Assembly (NCBI RefSeq): GCF_016904945.1
Contig: NZ_JADIKF010000038.1
Location: 228,241-292,240 of the forward strand
Origin: Dyella mobilis
GTDB taxonomy: Bacteria; Pseudomonadota; Gammaproteobacteria; Xanthomonadales; Rhodanobacteraceae
Length of the DNA: 64,000 nt
Direction: 5' to 3'
Part shown: positions 28,973 to 37,845 of the stretch, one piece after another
Position numbering within the stretch: the stretch's first letter is position 1
Layout: each line of letters starts with the position of its first letter
Program-made: the position numbers and the translations under genes
The notes under the pieces: model-generated
What the model saw: the letters and a program-made list of their open reading frames with translations, nothing else
What the model was told of the DNA's origin: nothing
The model's database searches: none

Positions 28973-29368
28973 GGACTGTCTCCCTTGGACGAGTTCGCAA
29001 CCTCTACGCCGCACCGGCGCGGCGCCGGTGCGTACTGGAATTCCGTGCGGGGACAGCCGCCATCGCGCATCCCTGCACGTGTCTGCGTGCAATGCGTTTT
29101 CGAGCGCTAAAGTGCGGCGAGTATCGACGCGAAATGACAACGTTGTCCAGTGCGTCTGGCCGCTATGGCCACGTCGCAACGTGATGGACTTCGCAAGAAG
29201 CGCGGATCGATGACGTGAAGAAAGAATTCACGCATATTGCGGCAAAAATTAATCGCTCGGCCGACGACTATCGACTAACTGCATGCATGCGCCGCCAAGA
29301 CACGGCCAACCGGGTGGACGCGACTCGATCATCTCGCGATGACAACGATTTCCTTCGTCGTACCTGCC

Positions 29369-30814
29369 TCAGTAGCTCAGTTCTTTTTCCTGGTTCGATG
29401 GCGTGCTTACGACATAGTGATGTGTCTGCAGCGTGCACATCTGTTTGGCATCCGTCCTGGTGAGCTTCCACACGCTTTCGACCGGCGCGTCGGCCACATT
29501 CTTTGCGTCGGTCAGATCCAGATTGACGACTTCGACGTAAGTGGCGCCCTGGAACTCGATGAGGCGTATCGATCGGGTCCTGGAGCCCCACTGGATATCG
29601 CCGGGCTCGCCAAGCAGGGACTTATAGTCGGCCTGGAATGTCTTGCCAGAAGGATCGGCACGGCCCGCTTGATCGAGCAGCACCGGCAATTGGAGCGTCG
29701 CGTCCGAACCGCAGCCGCCGCCGAAATCCCACTGATGAGTAACGATCCCGACGGGACGCTTCGTGCCGCTATTGTCCAGATCGGCCATGCCTGTCTGCGA
29801 AAGGGTGAAATGGCCGGGGACGTCTTTGATCTGATCGGTGCGCAGCAGAGCTTTGCCGTTCGCTGGCGTAACGGCTTGCATGGCAATCGGCTTCAGCGAG
29901 TGCGCCGCCACCGCATCGCAAAGCGCCGTATCGCTTCCGCTGATCACCGTCTGCTTGCGCAATGCAACGTCACGTCCGTGACAGACCAGCTGCATGTCGC
30001 CGGTTTCGTCGATGGCGGACAATTCGAAGTCTCCGCCGGTGCCGCTGGATAGCATCATCGGCCGGCCCTTGATGCTGACGATATGCTCGCCCAGGTCCAT
30101 GGCCCAATCCTCACCACCGTAATGAAGCCGCACCGGATCACGGCTGACGACATCTGCAGGCGAAAGGCGCCGCTTCAGATCGCCCGACCAGATATAGATG
30201 CTTTCGGAGGGACACGTACCGCCATCCGAATAGTCGATGGCGGCCACGTGCCGGTTACCGATATCGAACGGGGTGAAGCTGGGGACGGTTCCGTTGCCCT
30301 GACTCAACTCGGGATCCGCATCGACATTGAATCCGCCTTCCGGGATTTGACTGGAGGGCAGCACATCAAGATTGGTCCAGCCCGCGGCATGCTTGGCATT
30401 GACCGCGTCTTGAACGCCGGCACACAGCGCTTCGGCGCCTTCCGGCAGCGGCACGTAGGGCGTGCCCAGCAAGGTCACCCGATTCCTCGACACCCATCCG
30501 GTGGTGGTGCGCGTCTTTCCGTGAAAGCGCACATAGGCGTAGTCGCCGCAGTCGTACACGTGATCGACGGCATCGCCGCCCAGCACGTAGCCCGATGTCG
30601 TGTTATCGGCGCCCGCCGCGGGCACCTGTCCGTAGAGCGAGACCCGCTCGGTCGCTGCGCCCGCGATCTTTGCCTTGGTGATGTGCAAGGTGCCGGGTGG
30701 AGCGAATTGCGACTGAGAAGCGCAGTCGTTGCTGTCAGCTGCCAGCACCACGCGAGGCAACGCGCCGCTCACGATCAACAGCAACACCACCGCCAAACGG
30801 ACCATCCATGCCAT
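29369..30814 (-). CDS. Secreted hypothetical protein (481 aa)
   Basis: Signal peptide MAWMVRLAVVLLLIVSGALPRVVLA; no recognisable catalytic motif. Confidence 0.55.
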   Translation of the reverse strand: MAWMVRLAVVLLLIVSGALPRVVLAADSNDCASQSQFAPPGTLHITKAKIAGAATERVSLYGQVPAAGADNTTSGYVLGGDAVDHVYDCGDYAYVRFHGKTRTTTGWVSRNRVTLLGTPYVPLPEGAEALCAGVQDAVNAKHAAGWTNLDVLPSSQIPEGGFNVDADPELSQGNGTVPSFTPFDIGNRHVAAIDYSDGGTCPSESIYIWSGDLKRRLSPADVVSRDPVRLHYGGEDWAMDLGEHIVSIKGRPMMLSSGTGGDFELSAIDETGDMQLVCHGRDVALRKQTVISGSDTALCDAVAAHSLKPIAMQAVTPANGKALLRTDQIKDVPGHFTLSQTGMADLDNSGTKRPVGIVTHQWDFGGGCGSDATLQLPVLLDQAGRADPSGKTFQADYKSLLGEPGDIQWGSRTRSIRLIEFQGATYVEVVNLDLTDAKNVADAPVESVWKLTRTDAKQMCTLQTHHYVVSTPSNQEKELSY

Positions 30815-30991
30815 GGCTCACCCCTGTATGCGTTATCCAGCTGCATGCGGAAGCGTAATACCAAACTGTGGATTTTCCAGGACCGCAGCCGGGCACCGGA
30901 CGGATTCGCCGATCGATACGACCAAGCTCCGCCCCGCGTTTGGCACGGGGCGAAGCTTTTTTGCTATCACACGCGCAGGATCAGGTCAGGC

Positions 30992-33010
30992 TCATACGTT
31001 GCGAGGCAAGCTTCCCGGGCCGGGAGCACGCGAATCTTCCGCGCCTTCCTTCAGTTCGAGTTTGTCCGCCATGAAAGCGTTGGCGAGCTGCGCCAGCGTC
31101 GACAGTGCGTTGCCATCGTTGCCGCCCAGCGCAATCTTCGGAACGATGGCGATGTTGCCTTCACGCAGCGCATCGGCGAATTGCCGGCCGAGGTCGTTGA
31201 TCAGCTGCATGCGCGCACCTTCGCCGGTAAGTGCCTCGGCCTTGGCGCGAATGGCGTTGGCTTCGGCCTTGCCTACCGACTCGGTCGCGGCGGCCTTGCC
31301 CTCGCCCACCGCGATCTGGCGCTTGCGCTCGGCTTCCGCATTGATGTTGATCACCTGCGCCTCCTTGCTCGCCGCGGCAATGGCCGCGTCGCCCTCGTTG
31401 GTTCTGATCTTGACGCTAATTTCCGACTTGGTGAGCTCGGTCTGGATCTGAGTTCTGGCCTGAGCTTCGCGCAGCGTGCGCTCCTTGTCGGCGGCTTGTT
31501 GCTGCTGGTCGTAGGTTTCCATCTGCTCTTTCGCCACCTGGCGATCGCGCAGCTGATTGAGGATGGTGTCGATGCGCTGGCCGGATGCATCGCCGGTATT
31601 GCCGTGCGGCGTGCCGATCAGCACCTCCTGCAATTCGAGGTTGTAGGCCTCGAAGCGCCCTTTCATGTCGATGCCGGCCTTTTCCTGGATCTCCGAGCGC
31701 TCCTGCAACAATTCGATCAGGGTCTTGGTCTGTCCGGTATTTTTGAAATACGCCGACACCATCGGATCGAGCGTCTGATCGACCAGGCGCTTGATGTCGC
31801 CGAAGCGTTGCACGACCAGAGGCGCCTTGCGGTAATCGATGTGCACCACGACCGACAAAGGCATCAACGGTTCGAACGCATCCTTGGTGATCAGCGCCAC
31901 TTCGGTCAGGTTCTCGTCGTACTTGTGGGCGTTGGTGACCTCTTTGGACCACTTCAGTATGAAGTTGGTGGTGGGCACCAGCTGGATCTTGCCCGCATAG
32001 GTATTGAAGGCGTACTTGCCCGGCAGCAGCGGCTCTTTCCACACGCCACGGCAACCGTTGTCGACCAGTTCGCCGTGTGAGTAACCATCGCCCGAGCGAT
32101 CGGCGCCCGCTTTGCCATAGTAGGAAACCACTACACCCACGCTGCCGACCGGCACAATCGTCTTGCGAATGAACTCCACCGTGGCAAACAGGCGATTGAG
32201 GTAGTACGTGCCTTCCACCAGCACCTGGTGCTGGCGACCGCGACGGCCGCCGGCGCGCAGGAAGGCGCTGATGTTCTGGAAGTTGTTGTGGAAGGTTGCG
32301 CGGTTGGTCGGATCTTCGCCAACCCGCGGCGCGACAATTTCATCGGGCGGCAAGACCGGGCCGTCGTGGATGGTGACCACGCCAAGCACGTCGCTGGCAT
32401 CGTCGTCGCCCTGAGCGCTCTTCTCCACGGGCAATACCTTGGACGCGGTGCCGCCTACGACCACCGGCGCAAAGCCTTTGCGCTCGCCGAGCATGCGGCC
32501 CATGTGGTCGACGGTGTCTTTTTCCTCTTCCGACAACAGCAAGCCGTGCACGCGCGCAGCCGTGATGATGGCGAACTGTGCCACGTTGATCGCATGCGTG
32601 CCTTCGCGAATGATCGCGCGCTGCGGACCTTTCTGCCCACCGGCTTTGAGAAACGCGGCAACGTCTTCGATGTTGGCATCGACGATCTCGCCGAGCGCCT
32701 GGCCATCCAGCAGTTCGCGGCCGTCGCGGGCGAAGATGTAGCCTATTTCACCCTGCGGTATCGTCACCAGGTCCGCCTTGTGCACGCGGTATTGGAAGGG
32801 AAAGAAATAATGCAGGCCGCCGCGCAGCACCTGCGGCTGATAGCCCACCTCGCCGCTCAGCGCGATCAGGCCGCGCGTCAGCGACGGCGCACCCCACAGC
32901 CGCTCGACGATACCGACCCGGTCGTTGGGTATGTAGACGATGACGTTGGATGCAAAGATCAACGCGACGATGACGACAATTGCTACGGCTATGGCAATGA
33001 GAATGGTCAT
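30992..33010 (-). CDS. Flotillin-like SPFH/band-7 protein (YqiK-type)
   Basis: N-terminal TM, SPFH domain and a long coiled-coil/flotillin C-terminus (672 aa). Confidence 0.8.
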   Translation of the reverse strand: MTILIAIAVAIVVIVALIFASNVIVYIPNDRVGIVERLWGAPSLTRGLIALSGEVGYQPQVLRGGLHYFFPFQYRVHKADLVTIPQGEIGYIFARDGRELLDGQALGEIVDANIEDVAAFLKAGGQKGPQRAIIREGTHAINVAQFAIITAARVHGLLLSEEEKDTVDHMGRMLGERKGFAPVVVGGTASKVLPVEKSAQGDDDASDVLGVVTIHDGPVLPPDEIVAPRVGEDPTNRATFHNNFQNISAFLRAGGRRGRQHQVLVEGTYYLNRLFATVEFIRKTIVPVGSVGVVVSYYGKAGADRSGDGYSHGELVDNGCRGVWKEPLLPGKYAFNTYAGKIQLVPTTNFILKWSKEVTNAHKYDENLTEVALITKDAFEPLMPLSVVVHIDYRKAPLVVQRFGDIKRLVDQTLDPMVSAYFKNTGQTKTLIELLQERSEIQEKAGIDMKGRFEAYNLELQEVLIGTPHGNTGDASGQRIDTILNQLRDRQVAKEQMETYDQQQQAADKERTLREAQARTQIQTELTKSEISVKIRTNEGDAAIAAASKEAQVININAEAERKRQIAVGEGKAAATESVGKAEANAIRAKAEALTGEGARMQLINDLGRQFADALREGNIAIVPKIALGGNDGNALSTLAQLANAFMADKLELKEGAEDSRAPGPGSLPRNV

Positions 33011-33554
33011 GGATGTCTGTCCTTGATGCGGATGGCCTGACCTCGGTCAGGGTTGGCAATGCGTGCAACGAATCAGGTCGTGACGATGGTTCACCTCGGA
33101 AAAAGGACGTACTTGGCCGCAACGCGCGGCAGCGGCCGGCATTGGCGAAAGACGTCGGTGGTTGGTTGGAATGGGAGTCGGCGCCGAGAGTCGCGGCTAT
33201 CCACTGGGCCATGGCGCGGTGACCATTCCCTACGTGGATGGGCGACGAAGTGCCGTTTAGGTGGTTTGCCCTGTCATGAGGCGCGTGTCGCGTGAAACGT
33301 CAGCACGCTGAAGCGAAAGGCTTCCGAAGCGCTGGCGAATCGAGCGTTGGGATGAGTGGGGGATGTGTCCCGGCTAGGTGGGGCGCTTGGGCGTGGCAGT
33401 CTTTCGTCGCGCGTCGGGGAGAGCTTGACCTTGAAAGATGCGAATCATGTCGGTGGGTCGGTTGACCTGGAATGCGCGTATTCTACTCCCGATTTTTGAG
33501 AGTGGCGTGTTCGCGTATCGTTCTCAAATCATACGTAATAACGTTGCAGGAATG

Positions 33555-33574
33555 GCGCGGCGCACGCGCCGCGC
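33555..33574. terminator. GC-rich hairpin downstream of the minus-strand gene 33599..34240
   Basis: gcgcggcgc-ac-gcgccgcgc perfect palindrome. Confidence 0.35.
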
Positions 33575-33598
33575 ACCACACCTCTGCACTGCACTCGA

Positions 33599-34240
33599 CT
33601 AGCCGCCAAGGCTGCCTTCTTTTACTTGCTGTTCGGAAAAAGCCGTGGGGGAGCCATCCTCTCGCACGGAGAGTTTGATGCGGGTAAAGCTCATGCGTAT
33701 CGGCGCGACGGGCTGCTTGTCGCCAGCGGTGTACCAGTCCTGGATCAGATGTTTGTCGTCGACGAAGTGCCAGGTGGTCGAATGAAAGTGCACCGGATAT
33801 TTGTCCAGGTTGGTGGCGGAGACGAATTTGAAATCGATGACGTTGGCATCGTTGGGTGCGGCCTCCAGGCGATAGCGCGGTTCGTTCTTGTAATCGCAGA
33901 AATGATCGGCGTGCAGCTCGTTGCCCACTACATAGAACACGGTGGAGGTAATGTGCCTGCCGTTCTCCCATTCTTCCGCCAGCACCTTGGTGCCATAGGC
34001 GAACGGCCGGAAGATGTTGACCATGGAGCCGTTGCCGTCGAGCGGTGCCTGCCACTCACCGGTGAGACTTTTGATTTTCTGGAACAGCGCGAGGCTTTGG
34101 CGTCCTTCGGCATTGAGAGCCGCACTGGAAGCAGCGCTGCTCGTGTCCTGCATCTTCATGGCACTGTTGGCGGAAACCGGACCTGCCCAGGATGCCGCAC
34201 AAGCGAAAAGGGACGTGGCGATGGCGATACTGCATTTCAT
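33599..34240 (-). CDS. Secreted hypothetical protein (213 aa)
   Basis: Signal peptide MKCSIAIATSLFACAASWA; family not recognised. Confidence 0.5.
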   Translation of the reverse strand: MKCSIAIATSLFACAASWAGPVSANSAMKMQDTSSAASSAALNAEGRQSLALFQKIKSLTGEWQAPLDGNGSMVNIFRPFAYGTKVLAEEWENGRHITSTVFYVVGNELHADHFCDYKNEPRYRLEAAPNDANVIDFKFVSATNLDKYPVHFHSTTWHFVDDKHLIQDWYTAGDKQPVAPIRMSFTRIKLSVREDGSPTAFSEQQVKEGSLGG

Positions 34241-34361
34241 GGAATTCTCCTCACGAAACGGGGATGGGGAGCACTTGCTACCGCTTGAATGTATCGATAC
34301 AATTTGAAAATATTGTATTTATTGTATCGATTATAGCGACGCTACAATCGGGAGGCGCGGC

Positions 34362-35771
34362 ATGTCAAGACAGCCCCAGGTCACTACGACGTGGCTCCCC
34401 GAACTCTCCGGTTCCGGCAAACGCTGGGCGGAGCGCCTGGCCGAGGCGATCGCCTCGGACGTCGCTGCGGGCAAGTTGCGTCCGGGCGATCAACTGCCAA
34501 CCCAGCGTGCCTTGGCCCGGCATCTGGGCATCACCACCGGTACGGTGAATCGCGCTTACGCCCTGGCAGAACGTGCCGGGGTGGTCAGTGCGGAAGTCGG
34601 GCGCGGCAGCTTTGTGACCGCAGGCAACGACACCGCGATCCACAGCACTGGGTTGGGCCGGGCGTCGGCGATCAACTTCGCGCTCAACTATCCGGCATGC
34701 GGCGACACCGAACAGGCACTCGCCGAAACGCTCGGTGCGTTGAGCCGGCGCCAGCCCTTGTCCGGCTTATTGAGTGTGGCGCCGTATGCGGGTTTGGCGC
34801 GCCATCGCCAGGCTGGCGCACGCTGGCTTGCTCGCTTGGGCGTATCGGCACACGAGGACGATGTGCTGGTGTGCACCAGCGTGCAGCATGGACTGGCCGC
34901 CAGCCTGGCCGCGCTCACCGCACCGGGCGATGTCGTGCTTACGGAAACCTTGACCAGCCCGAGCATCAAAGCGCTTGCGGCCATGCATCACCTGCGATTG
35001 ATGGGAGTGGCCGGCGATGATGAAGGCATGTTGCCCGATGCGCTTGAAAGTGCGTGCGAGTCCACTGGCGCTCGTGCCGTGTACGTGATGCCGACGCTGC
35101 ACACGCCCACCACGCTCACGATGTCCGAACGGCGCCGTCGCGATATCGCGCAGGTGTTGCACAAGCGGCAATTGCTGGCTATCGAAGACGATGCATGGGG
35201 CTTCATGGCACAAAGTGCGGTGACGCCGTTGCAGGCGCTGGCGCCCGAGTGGGTGGTATATCTCACCAGCTTTTCCAAGTGCCTGGCACCGGGATTGCGC
35301 GTGGGTTACGTCGCGGCGTGTTCGTCTACGTCACGGCAAGCCATCACTTCGTGCATCGGCGCCACCACCTGGAGCAGTCCGCTCAATGCCGAGATCGCCA
35401 GCCGCTGGGTCGATGACGGCACGGCATGGTCCATGGCGCAGCAACGCATCCGTACTGCCAGGGAACGCGAACAACTGGCCAGGCACCGGCTTGGTTCCGC
35501 TTTCGCATCGCCCACCATGCCCAGCTTCCACCTGTGGCTGCCATTGCCGGAACCCTGGCGCGCGAACGAATTCATTGCCGAGGCGGACAAGCTCGGCGTA
35601 TCGCTGGCCTCCACCGAGATCTTCGTGCCGGGACGCGCGGCAACGCCGCACGCGGCGAGGATATGCCTGGGCGCGGAAGCTCGCGCGGACCGCGTGGAAG
35701 CAGGTCTCGCGGTGTTGGCGCCATTGCTCCATACCGGACCAGGCGCCTACGCGGCTGCCCACGTGCAGTGA
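34362..35771 (+). CDS. MocR-family regulator (GntR HTH fused to PLP-dependent aminotransferase domain)
   Basis: GntR HTH (LPTQRALARHLGITTGTVNRAYALAERAG) followed by a class I/II aminotransferase fold. Confidence 0.8.
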   Translation: MSRQPQVTTTWLPELSGSGKRWAERLAEAIASDVAAGKLRPGDQLPTQRALARHLGITTGTVNRAYALAERAGVVSAEVGRGSFVTAGNDTAIHSTGLGRASAINFALNYPACGDTEQALAETLGALSRRQPLSGLLSVAPYAGLARHRQAGARWLARLGVSAHEDDVLVCTSVQHGLAASLAALTAPGDVVLTETLTSPSIKALAAMHHLRLMGVAGDDEGMLPDALESACESTGARAVYVMPTLHTPTTLTMSERRRRDIAQVLHKRQLLAIEDDAWGFMAQSAVTPLQALAPEWVVYLTSFSKCLAPGLRVGYVAACSSTSRQAITSCIGATTWSSPLNAEIASRWVDDGTAWSMAQQRIRTAREREQLARHRLGSAFASPTMPSFHLWLPLPEPWRANEFIAEADKLGVSLASTEIFVPGRAATPHAARICLGAEARADRVEAGLAVLAPLLHTGPGAYAAAHVQ

Positions 35772-35775
35772 TGCA

Positions 35776-37770
35776 TCACTGCTTCGTGGCGCCCTGCCCC
35801 TGCAGCAGCATCAGATAACTCGCCGCCGCCCAGCTGAAGTTGCGCGATTGATAGCCCTGTCCGGTGAGCGGATCGTAGTTTTCATACGTGGGAGCCTGTT
35901 CGCTCAAACCCTTGGCGTGCATCAGCAGATCGCGCGCCATCGCATCGGCCTGGCTGGCGTAGCCGTAGTTTCTCAACGCCACTACGCCGAAGTACGCCTG
36001 ATCCAGCCACACCGGTCCGCGCCAATAGCCCTTGATGGGCGAGAAGTGCGTGTCATCCCTGGCCAGCGTGGGGAACGGCAGGAAGGTGGCGAATTTTTGC
36101 GGATCGGTCATCACCTGCATCACCGCTTTCGCCTGCTCCGCACTGGCGGCGCCGGCCCAAAGCGGCGCCCAGCCATCGGAACCGTAGACGCGGACGAAGG
36201 CGCCGCCATCGAGCTTGCGGTCGAAGAAATAGCCGTGCGCGGGATCGAACAGGCGGGTCTGGATCAACTGCTTCATGGCAGCCGCCTGCTGCAACCAATG
36301 CGCGTGATCGTCCGTTTTGCCGAGCACTTGCGCGATTTCGGCAAGGTCGAGCTTTTCGCGGTAGAGATAGGCGTTGAGATCGGCCGACTCCTGATCCATC
36401 GACCAGGCGCCTTCGCCATTCTTGAGCATGCGGATATCGTCGAAGCGCACGGCATTGTCCATGCCGCTTTCCCACTTGGCGGCGATCGCGGTGCCGTCGG
36501 TCGCGCCGAATTCGGCCAGGCCGTCGTGCGCGTGGTCGCGCTTGGCGAACCACCAGCGGTGATAGCGCACCAGCTTGTCGTACATCTCGCCGAGAAACGC
36601 CTTGTCGCCGGTGGCGCGGTACACCGCCAGCGTGGCCCAGGTGGCCAGCGGCGGCTTGCTGTCGCGCCAGTTGTCGTTGGATTTATCCAGATAGATGCAG
36701 TCCGGCACCATGCCGTCGGCGGCCTGGTAGTCGAACATCGCGCGGATCTGGTCGCGTGCGAGATCGGGAGCGAAGGTGGCCAGCGCCGCGGCGTGCTTCC
36801 ACGAATCCCAGGCCCAGAAGCCGTTGAAGTCGGGATTGGAGTACGAAGGAATGACGCCGTCGTGATGCAGGTCGCCTCGCGCTGCGCGCCAGTTGCCCAG
36901 CAAGGTGATCATGGCCTTGACGGCGATGCGCTGCGCAGTCTCTTCTGGCACGCCGGCGAGGTGGCTGTTGGAAACGCCGTGCAGGTAACCGGCCCAGCGC
37001 TCGCGATTGTGCTGCCACGCGGTAGTGTCATCGACCGCTGCGGGCTTGTCCGTGCGCGGGTCGTAGACCAGGGTCTGGTCGATGTAGACCGTGACCGACT
37101 GGTTCGCCGCCAGGTGCAACGGCTTGTCCAGATCGATGCGGTATCCCACGGCGGACAGCGTGACGTGGCTGGCGCCAAGGCCGCCGGTTTGCAGGCTCGT
37201 CGTCAGTACCGAAGGCGCCTTGGTGAAGGTTTGCACCACCTCACCGCCGTTTGCGGCGAGTCGTGTCGAGGGCGAGGAAAAGATGCGCCCTTCGACACCG
37301 AGGTCGACGTCCTGCGCCTGGCTCGCGGTCAAGGTGACCTGCGCCAGCGCGTGCCAGGAGTTGGCAAAGAAAAAAATCTGGCTCACTTTCAGTCTGGGGG
37401 TAGAAAAGCGGCGAACCAGATAACCGGGGGCAGCATGGCTTTCGACCGGCGCCAGCGCGATGGCTTGATGCGTCGCGGCGTCGCTCAGTACCAGCTGCGC
37501 GAAGCGCGTGCCGACCCACTGACCATCGCCGAGACTGTGCACGAACGGGCCGATGAAACCGGTAGCGCGATCGCCGACGGGCGGCAGGCTGTAGCCCTGC
37601 CACGCGCCGGCGTCGAAGAAGATGTTGAAGCTGCGATCGTCGGGGGACGCCGGTGCGCCATGCAGGTCGAGTACGTCGTAGTAGCGTGCGTCGTCCTGCG
37701 CGCCGGCGATCCGTGCAGCGCCTAGCAGCACGGCGAAGGCGAATAGCGAGGTTTTCTTCAATGCATGCAT
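35776..37770 (-). CDS. Secreted (alpha/alpha)6-barrel glycoside hydrolase, GH63/GH37-like (glucosidase/trehalase-like)
   Basis: Signal peptide; six-hairpin glycosidase-like segments (…NGFWAWDSWKHAA…, …GMDNAVRFDD…). Family assignment is tentative. Confidence 0.5.
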   Translation of the reverse strand: MHALKKTSLFAFAVLLGAARIAGAQDDARYYDVLDLHGAPASPDDRSFNIFFDAGAWQGYSLPPVGDRATGFIGPFVHSLGDGQWVGTRFAQLVLSDAATHQAIALAPVESHAAPGYLVRRFSTPRLKVSQIFFFANSWHALAQVTLTASQAQDVDLGVEGRIFSSPSTRLAANGGEVVQTFTKAPSVLTTSLQTGGLGASHVTLSAVGYRIDLDKPLHLAANQSVTVYIDQTLVYDPRTDKPAAVDDTTAWQHNRERWAGYLHGVSNSHLAGVPEETAQRIAVKAMITLLGNWRAARGDLHHDGVIPSYSNPDFNGFWAWDSWKHAAALATFAPDLARDQIRAMFDYQAADGMVPDCIYLDKSNDNWRDSKPPLATWATLAVYRATGDKAFLGEMYDKLVRYHRWWFAKRDHAHDGLAEFGATDGTAIAAKWESGMDNAVRFDDIRMLKNGEGAWSMDQESADLNAYLYREKLDLAEIAQVLGKTDDHAHWLQQAAAMKQLIQTRLFDPAHGYFFDRKLDGGAFVRVYGSDGWAPLWAGAASAEQAKAVMQVMTDPQKFATFLPFPTLARDDTHFSPIKGYWRGPVWLDQAYFGVVALRNYGYASQADAMARDLLMHAKGLSEQAPTYENYDPLTGQGYQSRNFSWAAASYLMLLQGQGATKQ

Positions 37771-37845
37771 GGCTGGATGGTGGCTTGCGATATCGACGCG
37801 CCGGTTGCGCCCTCTGCCTCGCGGCGAGAGGGCGCAGTGCCGACG

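Noticed and set aside
29365-29400. tRNA-like 5' string GCCTCAGTAGCTCAG … GGTTCGATGG
   Set aside because: It lies inside the C-terminal codons (…NQEKELSY*) of the 481-aa secreted protein gene on the opposite strand. The D- and T-arms cannot be closed, so there is no cloverleaf.
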